Made by a program: the position numbers and the translations under genes
Part shown: positions 49,895-61,800 of the stretch, one piece after another
Layout of the letters: every line of letters begins with the position of its first letter
Position numbering within the stretch: the stretch's first letter is position 1
The notes under the pieces: generated by a model
Told to the model about the DNA's origin: nothing
The model's input: the letters and a program-made list of their open reading frames with translations, nothing else
Databases searched by the model: none
Assembly: GCA_964276515.1 (NCBI GenBank)
Contig: OZ193909.1
Coordinates: forward strand, 21,452,001-21,516,000
Direction: 5' to 3'
Source of the DNA: Gordius albopunctatus
Taxonomy: Eukaryota
Length of the DNA stretch: 64,000 nt

Positions 49895-52800
49895 ACAAAA
49901 AATTGGGCGATGAATGTACAGCTGATAAGGAATGTTCGGCAATGGTTGAGATGAGTGAGTGTCGCGAATTAGCGGAAAAAAAGCTCTGCGTGTGCAAGTC
50001 TGATAGTTATTACTACGACAACCGCTGTCTTAAAAGTAAACCTTGATGTGATTTTTACAATTGAGCTATACGCTATGGGTACTATGAAAAATCAGGTTAA
50101 ATTGTTTAATGTAATATCCGCAGACGACTTATCTCTATCTGGTATCTAACATTTATTTCGTAAGTAATTTAGACCGATGATGCTATAATTAAAGTTTCAA
50201 TCACATTTAATTTATTTTCCATATATATATTGTTCCAGTTGAAATCTAGGTTTAAAACAAGCCTTTCACCTCGATTATAATCATAAACTAATAGACTCCT
50301 CATTCGCTTTTAAAAAGTGTACCCTATTTTGGCAGCCATTTTAATAAGTAAAACATGAATTTTGGCCAATTTATATGGTTTGATAAATTTTTAAAATCGC
50401 TATAATGATTAAAATGGGTTGTTTTATGTTATAAGATTAATGTTTATTGTCCAATGGAATCCATAGCTATACAAACTCTACTTCACTTATCAAAATGGCG
50501 GTTGTTTTTGGCAACAGTTTTTATGCGTGCATATATTATAAGAGATGAGCAGTCTATTAGTCTATGATTATAATATACCAAAACTTAAATGACTAGAAAT
50601 TTGATCGCCATGAATTGGTCAAAGATTTACTAAAATTAATTGTAATTTTAATAAATCTATCATTGTTTAGACATAATATTAAATGATAAGCTTGTAAAAA
50701 CATCGCGAATGCGGTGTGTAAGATCCCTCTAGCTAATTTTATGTATTTAGTTGGGTGATGGATGTAGTAATATTTAAAAAAAATTCAACTTTGGACTATT
50801 ATTTTTTCAATAATTAGCAATTTAGACTGAAATTCATTTTTTAGTGATAATAATGGGACCTGAATGTGAATCGACAGGTCAATGTATATTACCCTTTACA
50901 AAATGTAGACACTCTTCTTGCGCATGTCGACTCGGTTATTATAGTACCGTGGAGAATACATGCGAAATTGGTAAGATTCAACTTTATTTACTTAACCATT
51001 AATTAAGTAATCTGTAGTTTGTCATGTAGGTGTATGTTTTTATTGTTACAAAAAATTTATTACTATTTTATTAATGAACAAATGTGTTAAGAACTCTTAG
51101 TGCAAGGTCTTAGGAATTTAAAGATTTGAACCTATCAACAATCTGTTGATGGACGCACTTCTTTGAAATAAATTTTTTGCCAATTTTATAAAAAGGATGA
51201 TAGCACTTTTGATTTACAGTCAATCTCCTTCATGCATGGCTTTAGGCAAAAAATATGGGGAACGATGCATGTATGATCACGAGTGTCAAGTGCTAACACC
51301 TCGCGCCGTTTGTGGCGAAAAATATATTAATGTTTACCATCGATCGGAGGTGGTTGCAAAAGAATTTCCAAATTCCGAGATATGGCCACTTAACCATGTT
51401 TATTACGATGGAGATGCTCCAGTGATAAGGTATGACTCATTTGCGATATCTACCTCAAAATTAGAGTTATAATACTTGCCTGTTTTGTTCTTTTTGTTCT
51501 CTATGTTTACCTACTTTGGGTTTTAACTCAAGAATTTGAGGCATCATAAATATTTCTTATAAACTGTATGTATGCACCAGGCATATTTCATTTTCTCAGA
51601 CACCAACATATTAAATCGCGAATGACCGTGTCATAAGCTTTCTCCAAGTCGTAAAGACCACAAGGTCTTTACTCTTTTAACCATATTTATACAACATTTT
51701 TCTTAAGGATTGTTGATTTGCTGGCCACAAATCCGAATTGGTTAGCCGATATTTCCACCTCGTTTTTCAGCCTTGTTACTAAGATCTTTTCCATGAGCTT
51801 CAAGGAGTGGCCTGCCTGTATTTAAATAAGGATATAATTTTGCTTGCTCTCCATTAATTAGGAATCGCTCTTCTACCAATATCTTGTTAAAGAACTTCGT
51901 CATGGTGGTGACTCCTTCCTGATGGCATCCACGCAATGCTTCCATAGATGTTCCACAGGGCCATTAACCTTTCCCTTTTGAACCTTGTTCAGATGTGTCC
52001 CAACTTCATCCTCCTGATAGAGATCGACCATACTTATGTTTGGCTCAATATCGGGAAGGGAAACTTTTATCATTTGCAATATTCATAAGATTCTTAAATA
52101 TCCTTTCCAGTTTTTCATCACGGTTTGATCCTTCTCGTTTATGACTATTTTAAGCGACTTTTCTTCTCTCTTATCTTGGTCAATTTGTAGAAAAGTTTAT
52201 CACCCCCTTTATTCTCTATTTGGTTTGCTCTCTCGGTGTACGCAGCATTCTTCGCTATTGCAGCGGCTTTTTTGTGGCTCTCTTTGCTTCCTTATACTCT
52301 TGAAAATCTTTCGATAAAATCCCTAACATATTGATCCCACCACCATAGTTCACCATTCATAGCTTTGCCTGATTTGATCTGTCATAGAACTTGAATAGCT
52401 ATTTACTTTATGTCCTTAGTTAGCGTCTCCCAATTTATGATGGTATTATTCGTTCGCCGACGTATACTTTAGCCTTTCCTATACAATTCGAGGTTCATGT
52501 ACCTTTCTTCTTTCGGGAAATACTCTTCTGTCAAGATCCATAACAAGGGGACGATGTTTCCTGGCGATTTCTTCTCCCGGTATTACTTTTCAATCTTTGA
52601 TACTCCATAAGTCCTTTCGCCGTATAAGCAAATAATCGATTTGACTAAAATGCTTCCCACTTCTATAGGTCACAATATGATCTTCGCGCTTTTGAAAATA
52701 GGTGTTAACGATCGCACTGTCATATGCTTGGGATACTTGGATAAGTTTTTCCCCTTCTTTGTTTCTTCAGGCCATACCCATAGCCTCAATGATTCATACC

Positions 52801-55800
52801 CGAGGCGATTCCCTACGTGAGCGTTGAAATCCGTCCCAATAATTAGCCTTTCTTTCTGTCCTAGTTCTTGTATTTACCTTTCTAATGAATCGGAACGGAG
52901 AATATGTCTTTCCCTGATTCCATGCACGCAATTGGGGAGCATATGCGCACAAAACCGTTAAGCGGCCCCCTTGATCTGCTATTTTCACCCACTTAACCTG
53001 TCTGAACAACGCTTGACTTCCACCACCTTTTCCTTGAATGAGTCGCTTAGAACAAAACCGACCCCGTTTCTACGATTTGGGCACCAAGTTTAGTATTGTT
53101 TGTATACTTCTCCTAACTCCCGAGCTTTGGTTCCGTTCCACCTCCTCTCTTGTAAGCAGGAGATGTGTACCTTTCTTCTTTAGAATGTGATGCCTTTTTC
53201 CGTCAACGTTTGTTGCGGCCGTCTTCACTTTAAATACTAGTATAATATTGTATTAAGCCAGGGAATAATTTAAAGCAGCAACATTTTTTATTTAATCAAA
53301 AAATTGAATGTGTAATGGATTTGGAACACGAATAAAAACAGAATTAATTTGTTTTATAACCACAAGTAATTATTAGTAAACGAAGAAAAATCGCAGAAGA
53401 TAAAATCGTACGCAGAAGATAAATATACGCAGAAGATAAATTCATACGCAGAAGATAAATATCGTTATTCAAAATAGTAAAATAAAGGATATTAATAAGT
53501 GACCATGTAAAATTCAAATATGGAATTTGAATATAGGGGTACCATACATTCCTACATTCCAGCATCTTATTCGCATTTTTTCCACAATAAATTTCCTTAA
53601 CCACTTTCGTGAGTTGGGCAGTAACCTTAGTGTATTTTTCACATTGCACGGGCGGGGTATGCTGTGCACTTCGTTTAGGACGCCCTAGCTTTCTGTTGAA
53701 AAATTTCGCTATCATTATTTTGAAGTGATTTTTATAGCCGGTTTTAACCTGTCGCCTACCTTCCACTCTTTGCACAGACTTGGGACCGTCGCAATGCTGG
53801 AAAAACTTAATATTGATTAAATCATTGTTTATAAAGTATACATCAAAAATTTTATAAACATGAAAAAACACACCATTTTTTACATTTAATTACAAAATAA
53901 ACATTAATTTAGTAGTTTGCCGAACGTAACCTTCCGAGCCTACTTATAGTTAGGCCTGGTCCGAGCCCGTTTGGTTAACTTAAAGCCCGCCCAATTCCGC
54001 CCCCTAATTTGTTTAACAACCATGTCCCGCATTCTATAGACCATTCGCGGACTGTAATTTTATCTTTTTACCTTTGCATATTCTAACTATGTTTGCTTTA
54101 ATAAAGCTTGCTATGTCTTGATTATTTAAATATGCGAATACTGTATGAACATTTAATTATAAAGCTCACTTAAAGGAAACCTTGAAACATGGCGAACACC
54201 ATATGCTCCTGATCCCTTAGTAAATATATCCAAAAACGACTACACCAAATCCAATTTAACCTGTACTTGTGCTAGCCAATACGAGTATAGAGCGGAAAGT
54301 TGTGTATATGGTAATTAATAATTTACTATTCAAAATAAATATGCAATACTTGAAGCAACCAATCCTTAATAAATAATCATATCTACCAAACTTAATAAAA
54401 TTATATGATTATGCCCCTCACCTAATTTATAACTGGCTACGTTCTTAATTTAGGATAAAATTGATATCATACATTCTCTACAAAAAATACTAAAGATTTT
54501 AAATAAATGAAATAATAAAAATTTCCAATAGCTGTTTGTCACTCTAAGGTGGTCAGCTTCTTTAGATATTTGGATGAGGGGTGATGCTCGACTATCCAGG
54601 CCTGACAGACGGGATGACGGTGTGATTTTTTATCTTTTGAAATAAGCTCCAGAGGCGGGATTGAACCTGCGAGCTCCTGCTTCAAAGACTAAACCTTTAA
54701 CAATAGCCTAGCAAAATTAATTATTTCATGGCTATCGCTAAATTTTTAAAATTATTTTTTTACTATGCATCCAAAGTTTCTTTATTATATTAGAAAATTA
54801 TCGTTTTTATAAAAAGTTAAATTATTTTTAGACCCCAATGCTACACATGCAACGAGTATTTTTACTTATACAGCACACTTTTGGATGCAATAGTTTTTGA
54901 TATCTCTTTCAGTATATTGCCTCTCTCCCCCTTAATTAATTTAACGAGTGAAATCCATTTTAAAAGACGAATAGTGCTCAAAAAATCTTGTAAAATACAA
55001 AAAACTATAACCTAATAAGAAGAGACCGGAAGTGCAGATTTCAAAAATGTGCTTAAGTAACGCTTTACAGCTAGAGTCACGAGCCTGCTATGTTAGGCGT
55101 TGAGGATGTAAATATGGTCAAAATATCATGTTAAGATACACACAATTATGTTGTAGCCATGACTATATTTACTGACAGCTCTAATAGACACAAATCTTTT
55201 ATCAACGATACAGCTTAAGTATTTAACAGAGGTTTGTTATTTCTGGAAAATGCCCACCATATAATCTGGTGTAAGTCTAGGCTCTTCATAAGATGTAGGT
55301 ATGTTCTCTTTTTGCTATAAAATTGGTAAATTAATAGGAAAGTTAATATTAATAGTCCTCATCGATACATGGTTGCTAATTGCGGATGATACTTGATGCT
55401 CTCAAGTTATAACACATTTATGTTTTATTTTAGCCCTATAATAAAAATATTCTTAGTTTAATTTTGCATTAGACTTTTTTATACGCCAACCTGTACAATA
55501 TCTATATCTTACAATAGCCTTAATGGGTTAATTAATTTCCCTAGCTTCGCTACACCCATTGAAACACAAATGTGGGTCTCTTTCCGCTCAAAAGTGCTTT
55601 TACCGCAGCGATTGCAACTGGGAGTATAAAGCTTGTTTTTGCTATAAAGACTATGCCCTAGATTTCCAAAATCAAGACTGCAAACCTTGTAAGTAATTTA
55701 ATTAAAATCCTTGAAAAAACTTTGAGTATAATGACTGTTATAGCGCTCAATGACCTGGCTGAAATACATCAGTTGTTGTCTTCAAAAGGAGGAAAAGTTC

Positions 55801-58800
55801 ACACGTAATTTAACATATGGCATGATCAGTCTATCTAGTCTATGCTTATAATATAAGATTGTTTAATTAGCATGATGTATTTTTTGTGGTCACGATGCGC
55901 CAAAGGTAATAAAAGTACAAATATTTCTTTTTTTGATCTTTTAATTCAAATTGTTTTATCAAAGGTAATATAAGTTTGCTTCAAATTTGAATTTGTTGAA
56001 GCTGTTTATCCATAAAAGTGACATTTTAGTCATTTTGCTCATAATTTTATAACAATTTTTTAATGGCAGGTCTTAACAGTCATTACACCTAAATTTTATG
56101 ATTAATGCATATGAATTCTGAAACTTTATTTAATTTGGCGTCATAAATTGATGTCGAAATGCTATATTTATTTAAAATATTGCATGATTTTAGTTGCTTA
56201 TTTAAAAGCACATGATATTTTGAAATATTTAATGTGATACACATATTTACTCGGTCTTTTTTAACTTGGTCACATGGACTGAATTTATTACGAAACCATA
56301 AACAAACTTTTTAATAATCTTAGAGGGTCGGCTGAAAAGTCCACGTAAATTTATCCGTGTTAAAAGAAATATTTAAAATGAATTCAAAAAAAGTGTTTAT
56401 TATTGTGTAAAACATCTATAAATAAAAAGTCAATTCTGCCCAACTGGTCATCATTGAAGAAACTTTCTCGTGAAGGGGGGTCCGCTGGATTGTGCTCCGT
56501 GCTGACCCACTCCAGATTCTGTTTGATACGCAGCATGTGGTCCAAGCCCATAGTATTGCAGATCTTAGTGAAAGCAAGTTCCAGGTGAGGAGCATGCGCA
56601 GATCCCTTTTTTACAATATAGAAGGCGGTCCTGGAGTCCGTAAGTATCTTTGGGGTGATGTGTGGAGTGTTGACCAGTGCCCAGATGTAAGCAAGGGGGA
56701 TGGCTATCAGCTCCAGGAGGTTAATTGTCGTAATGAGGCTGTGGTAGCCAAAGATGGCTAACGCGTCCCCTTTGTCAATCGAGAGGATGGAACCTCTATA
56801 GAAAAGGCCAATGTGGGACGTGGAAGCGTCGCCGGCTGTGAAGCCATTTGGAGAGTGTTTCATGGAGAAAGGGGTTGAGAGGTGGTTCTGTATTATGAGG
56901 ATCTTCCTTGTGAGCCATGTTTTGTCAAAGTCGATGGGGTCATTGGCAAGGAAGATATTGTAGGCTGGGGATAAATATTTTGACCATCCTGTCAACATGT
57001 ATACGAGTGGGTCAAGATAGCCAGACATGTTTGTGTGACCAAAGGATTAGGTCTTGTACCTGTGTCCATGAAGTGGTTGATGATCTGTATAGCTGCGTCT
57101 ATCTTGGAGACAAACTTAGCGTTTACTTTCAATGTGTGGTTTTCCAGATTAACATGGATACCCAAGTAATCCAGAATCTTCTTGGGTTCTAGGGACGACT
57201 TGTTCCGGTTGATGGTCAGGTTCTAACATTTCGCCATGTATAGGAACCTACGCGTGTCTGCTTTGACCAAAGTCTCCGAACGTCCGTAGATTAGAATGTC
57301 GTCTAAATAGACGTTGTATTTTGATTTTGTGACTGATTTCTTACAAAGATCCAACATAATCTGTTGTAGGACGTAGGGCGAGAAACTAGCCCCCATCGGG
57401 AGCACTTTGTAAGAATATTTTTGCCTTCTGTATCGGAATCCGAAGAATTTCGATGATTCCGCGGCCAATGGAATAGAGAAAAAGGCTGATTTCATATCGA
57501 TTTTAGTCATGAAGAGGGAATCCGATAACGAAGAAGCGATGAGGGGGATTGATTTAATAGTAAAGGGATATTTGATAAAATTCTTGGAGACTTGCGATAA
57601 ATCCGCTATGAGCCTGGGGGATCCGTCACTCTTTGGAATAAAATACATTGGAGATGGGATGCCCAGCGGATTTCTTCTAACTAGGTTGCTGAGGATGACC
57701 TCGTCCACCAAGGGTTTGTGTTCTCTGGGGATCGCTTTAACATAGCGTGGCAAATGATAACGCCCATTATTGGCCACGATCGCGGTCCTGGAGAGGCGAG
57801 GTTTAAACCCTCTTTTGGCTACGTTGTAGGTAAACTTGGATTGCATGTAGTGAGGTTTCAGGAGCGAAGTGCGAATAGATAGAGGATGTGTGAAATTTGC
57901 GAAGGATGATAAGGGGTGGGAGGGGAATGATGGGATATTAGACGGTTCGCTAATGATAGGTGGTTTTGGATGTGCCCCGGCACACTTGTACGTTCCGGTA
58001 TCGGGGCGTTGGGAGGATGAATCGGTTCCTCCAACTCCGGGCCATCGTCGGGGTTAACACCACTGCCGAGGGTCGCCGATACCATCCTTACGTGACTACG
58101 TTCGCTCCGTCCTAGACGGAGCCGGCCCTTTTTGGTAAGTGCCCTTCTTCCTCGGAGCATTGTATTTAGGAGGCGGACGAAAAAGCTGCACCAGTTCGGT
58201 GTACTGACCCATGCCCATTTTTTCCGCCCAGTCCTTTGATTTACCCGTCACGGCTTGCCAGCCATAATACGATGCCATAGCGATCGTAGGAACCCGATCG
58301 GACAGTTTGTCGATCGTCTTGTCGTAATCGTTGATGGAATCTCCTAAGCTGAGTAGAAACTCAGCTTCGTGTTTTTGGTGGGCCGGCATGGAATAGTTAG
58401 TTTCGATTGCTTCCTTAAGCCCTTTAAGGCGTAGCTTTAAAATCTCCCCATTCGAGCTAGGGACGTTTGCTACCTTTGCCCTTTCTGTCGCTAGTAGAGC
58501 CTCCAGTTCAGCACGGGTCATCGTGACCGATTCTGAAGGTAGGGCAGGAGCCCAATGTGGCCGATCTTCCACATTGACCGTTTCTCCACTGCCACTCAAC
58601 AGCCTGCTTTCGATTTTTGCGTCCATTTCGGCTAGCCTGCTCAAGATAAGCTTGATAGCTGGGTCTGAGACTGTGGCGTTACCTCCAGGGTTGGCGACTA
58701 TCGAGTCCTTATTAGGGGAAGCCATGTTGGTTGAGCTGTTGAGTTGTGTAGTAGATTTCGAGAAGAAATTACTTAATGGAATATCGTCTACACTTTTGGA

Positions 58801-61800
58801 AGGGACTTTTCTGGGCATAAAGAATTTCGGGAAAAGGGGGGTAAAAAATTTTATATCAGCGAGCGACAGAGGTTCCGACTGAGTGAGATAAACGATAAAG
58901 TGTGTAGAAAATAGGTTGTGAATTATAGTAAATTTCTTAGGAAGATCTACGGTATGAAGAATTCTCCAAATTTCAAAATCGAAGGACATCCGTAACTTAA
59001 AATGATGTAGTTGGTGTATTGAAATAGCCTGATAAAATCATTAATGAAAGCTGTGCGGCGTATGCTATTGAAAGCATTGTTAAAATCTAGTTTGAAGGAG
59101 GTGTTCCACGGCTAAGCTTGCGGCATGGGTAGCCATCTCGCATCCTCCTTTGACCCCAAAGCCTAGTTGATACGGAATTAAAGTAGGGGTCAATATGGGT
59201 TTGATCGCCGAACGAATTAATTTAGAAATAATTCTTTGAAAGACACCGCCGATAGCGATAGGCCTGGCTGAATTGTCGGCCTACCTTATAGCTAAAAGCT
59301 TAGCTCCAAAGACTATGGGCGTTATTTCTTTAGGTATACACCCATTGACTAAGAGGTTACAAAATTTGGTGAGTAAGTCTAGTAAAATGGAGGAGTTATT
59401 ATTATAAATTCTTATAAGATCTTTTAAAAAATGGTTATATGCCGTCGAGACTAACTGCAGAATCCATAAAAGAATATGATGGTATCTCAAATGTCTGATG
59501 ACTTAAAAGCAATATCTGAAGGTTGCGAGGGCGATAGGTAAGTAGATAGACCCTGGAGATGCTTGAGATCAATTTCTTCATATAATTTTTGTGAAGGACT
59601 CAAAAATGAATTGTCTTCTTTAAGGTATCTCATAGCACTTTTTATGTTGAATGAATAATTTTTTAGAGATTATATTCCCTTTTTGTTTGGGGGTTAATAT
59701 TTGGGATTCCTTTCTATCCATGTTATATGCTGGAGGGCTGTTTTGACTGTCAAAATTTAAAACTGATTGTTTAATATTATAAGTAATATTTGCTTCCTTG
59801 TCTTGAGGAATAGATAAAATATAAAAAGAGAATTTAAATAATTTCTTCCAATAGGACAGGTTTAGAGGGAGAGAAATAATATTGTTAAGTAAGTTTATTA
59901 AATACTGTTGCATGCACGCCCGGGCCCCCCTGGTCGGTGGGAATGCTTGAGATAAAAATAACTTGGTCACATGGAATTTGCGAAACGAGCTAACTCAGAA
60001 CTTAATAATATTAATTGTTTCCATAATAAAACTTTTTAATAATCTTAGAGGGTCGGCTGAAAAATGAACGTAAATTTATTATAAGAATCAAGTGCTTGGC
60101 CTAATCGGGTAACTGTAGTAAATTCTAATTTTCTGGCGGGCTCCCGAGCCTATTTATACAATGTATTATTTTGTTTTCGCATATTAATTTGTGACTTTTT
60201 TATTTGGTTGTATAATGTTTATTAAACCTAGACACGAATTTTGAAAAAAAAATATTTTAAGATACATTTTACCACCTTCCTGATTCAAATCCTAGTTATG
60301 TCTATAAAAAGGAATTAAATATTCTTTTAGACTTTTAATTGCTTGAATATATTTAGTTATTTTACATGAAATGCCATTAGTTAATGTCTAGTTTTTAATA
60401 GTTATTAAATTTCAGATCATATAAATTCGCCAATAACAGGAAAATATATTATTTCGAGCCAGGCAGTTAGAGCATCTCAAATAATTTGTCGGGCATGACT
60501 AAGTCATTTACAACTTTGATGGGTGCCGGTGGGCAATAATTAAACCAAGTCTTATCTCTTATTCACTTCATCGCCCTGGCATCCTTATATTTATCTATTA
60601 TATGCAAAGCTAACAAATTATCGTTAATTTGTTGTAACTTATATATGCGTTTGATATACACGTCTTACTCATTTGCTATTATTGTATCGCTTCGAAACCT
60701 GAAGTCAATAAAGATTTCCCCTGGCATAACAAAAACTTATGAATATAAATTTTCATTTGTTTCGTTACTATAAGGCTCTACAATTATAATTAATTAAGTA
60801 ATGATGTTATATCATATTTATATCAGAGACCAGATTTGCCCGGCCCACTGCCTGAACCTCCCCGCCCGGCCCATGGGCTTGGCCGGGCCGGGAAACTGTC
60901 GTAATTTTAACTTTCGGGCGGCCCCGGGCGGGCACTATAACAAGATTTAAGCCATTCGGGGTCAATTTTGTTTTTAAAATAATGTATTATATTGTTATTG
61001 TGTATATTTTGACACTTTTTAATTTGTTTTCATAATGTTTGTTAATCCTAGTTCTCATTAAAAAAATCATAAATTATGATAAAATTTTTAAAATGATATT
61101 AGTGCTAAAAATCTTAAAACACACCATTTCGGGTCTGGGAGTTTGGGCAGCTCTGAATAATTCGGGCATTGCCGGGCGGACACATAGAAGGGTTTGGGCG
61201 GGCAAATTAATTATAAAATCGGGCCAGACCGGGTTCGGGCAGAAAAATTCTAACAAATCTGACCTCTGATTTATATACACTAAACCTGTAATAACAACAA
61301 AATGCAACGTATTGATGCATTAAATAATGGAATCTATTAATAATATAGTAAAAAACTACAACGAAACTTGTGAATATGACTTTGATTGCGATAGCCCTCA
61401 AGTATGTTATGGAGGAGTCTGCTCGTGTGGAGATCGATACTACTATATGCAAGGCGAATGCCGTTTAAGTAATAAACACTTTTTTTATAGTTTTCTTGTA
61501 GCAACGTATTAAATCTTATTGATGCTCAACAATATATTGTAAAGCAATTAACTTAACTAAGATAATTAATTGTGCTAAAAATTTTATTAAATGAATGATA
61601 CAATATTTTATGTCAAAACTAAAAGGGTATAGTCTAACCAACCAACAAATGAAAAAGGATCAATTTTAGTGGCAGGATGCAATAATAATTTGATTCCATT
61701 TAATTATATGAGACTTTCATTCAATTCTTCACATTATAAATTTTAAAGTTTATTTTAAATAAATATCTATTAAACAAAATTGCATATCAATTAGACCTTA

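Noticed and set aside
55065..55280. Candidate extra exons in copy 3
   Set aside because: Phase-1 readings hit stop codons and show no Cys module pattern.
58819..58989. N-terminal extension of the 297-aa ORF (MSFDFEIWRIL...)
   Set aside because: Its ATG lies in CRE-derived sequence across the chimeric junction, in a different frame from the CRE RT; probably a fortuitous extension.
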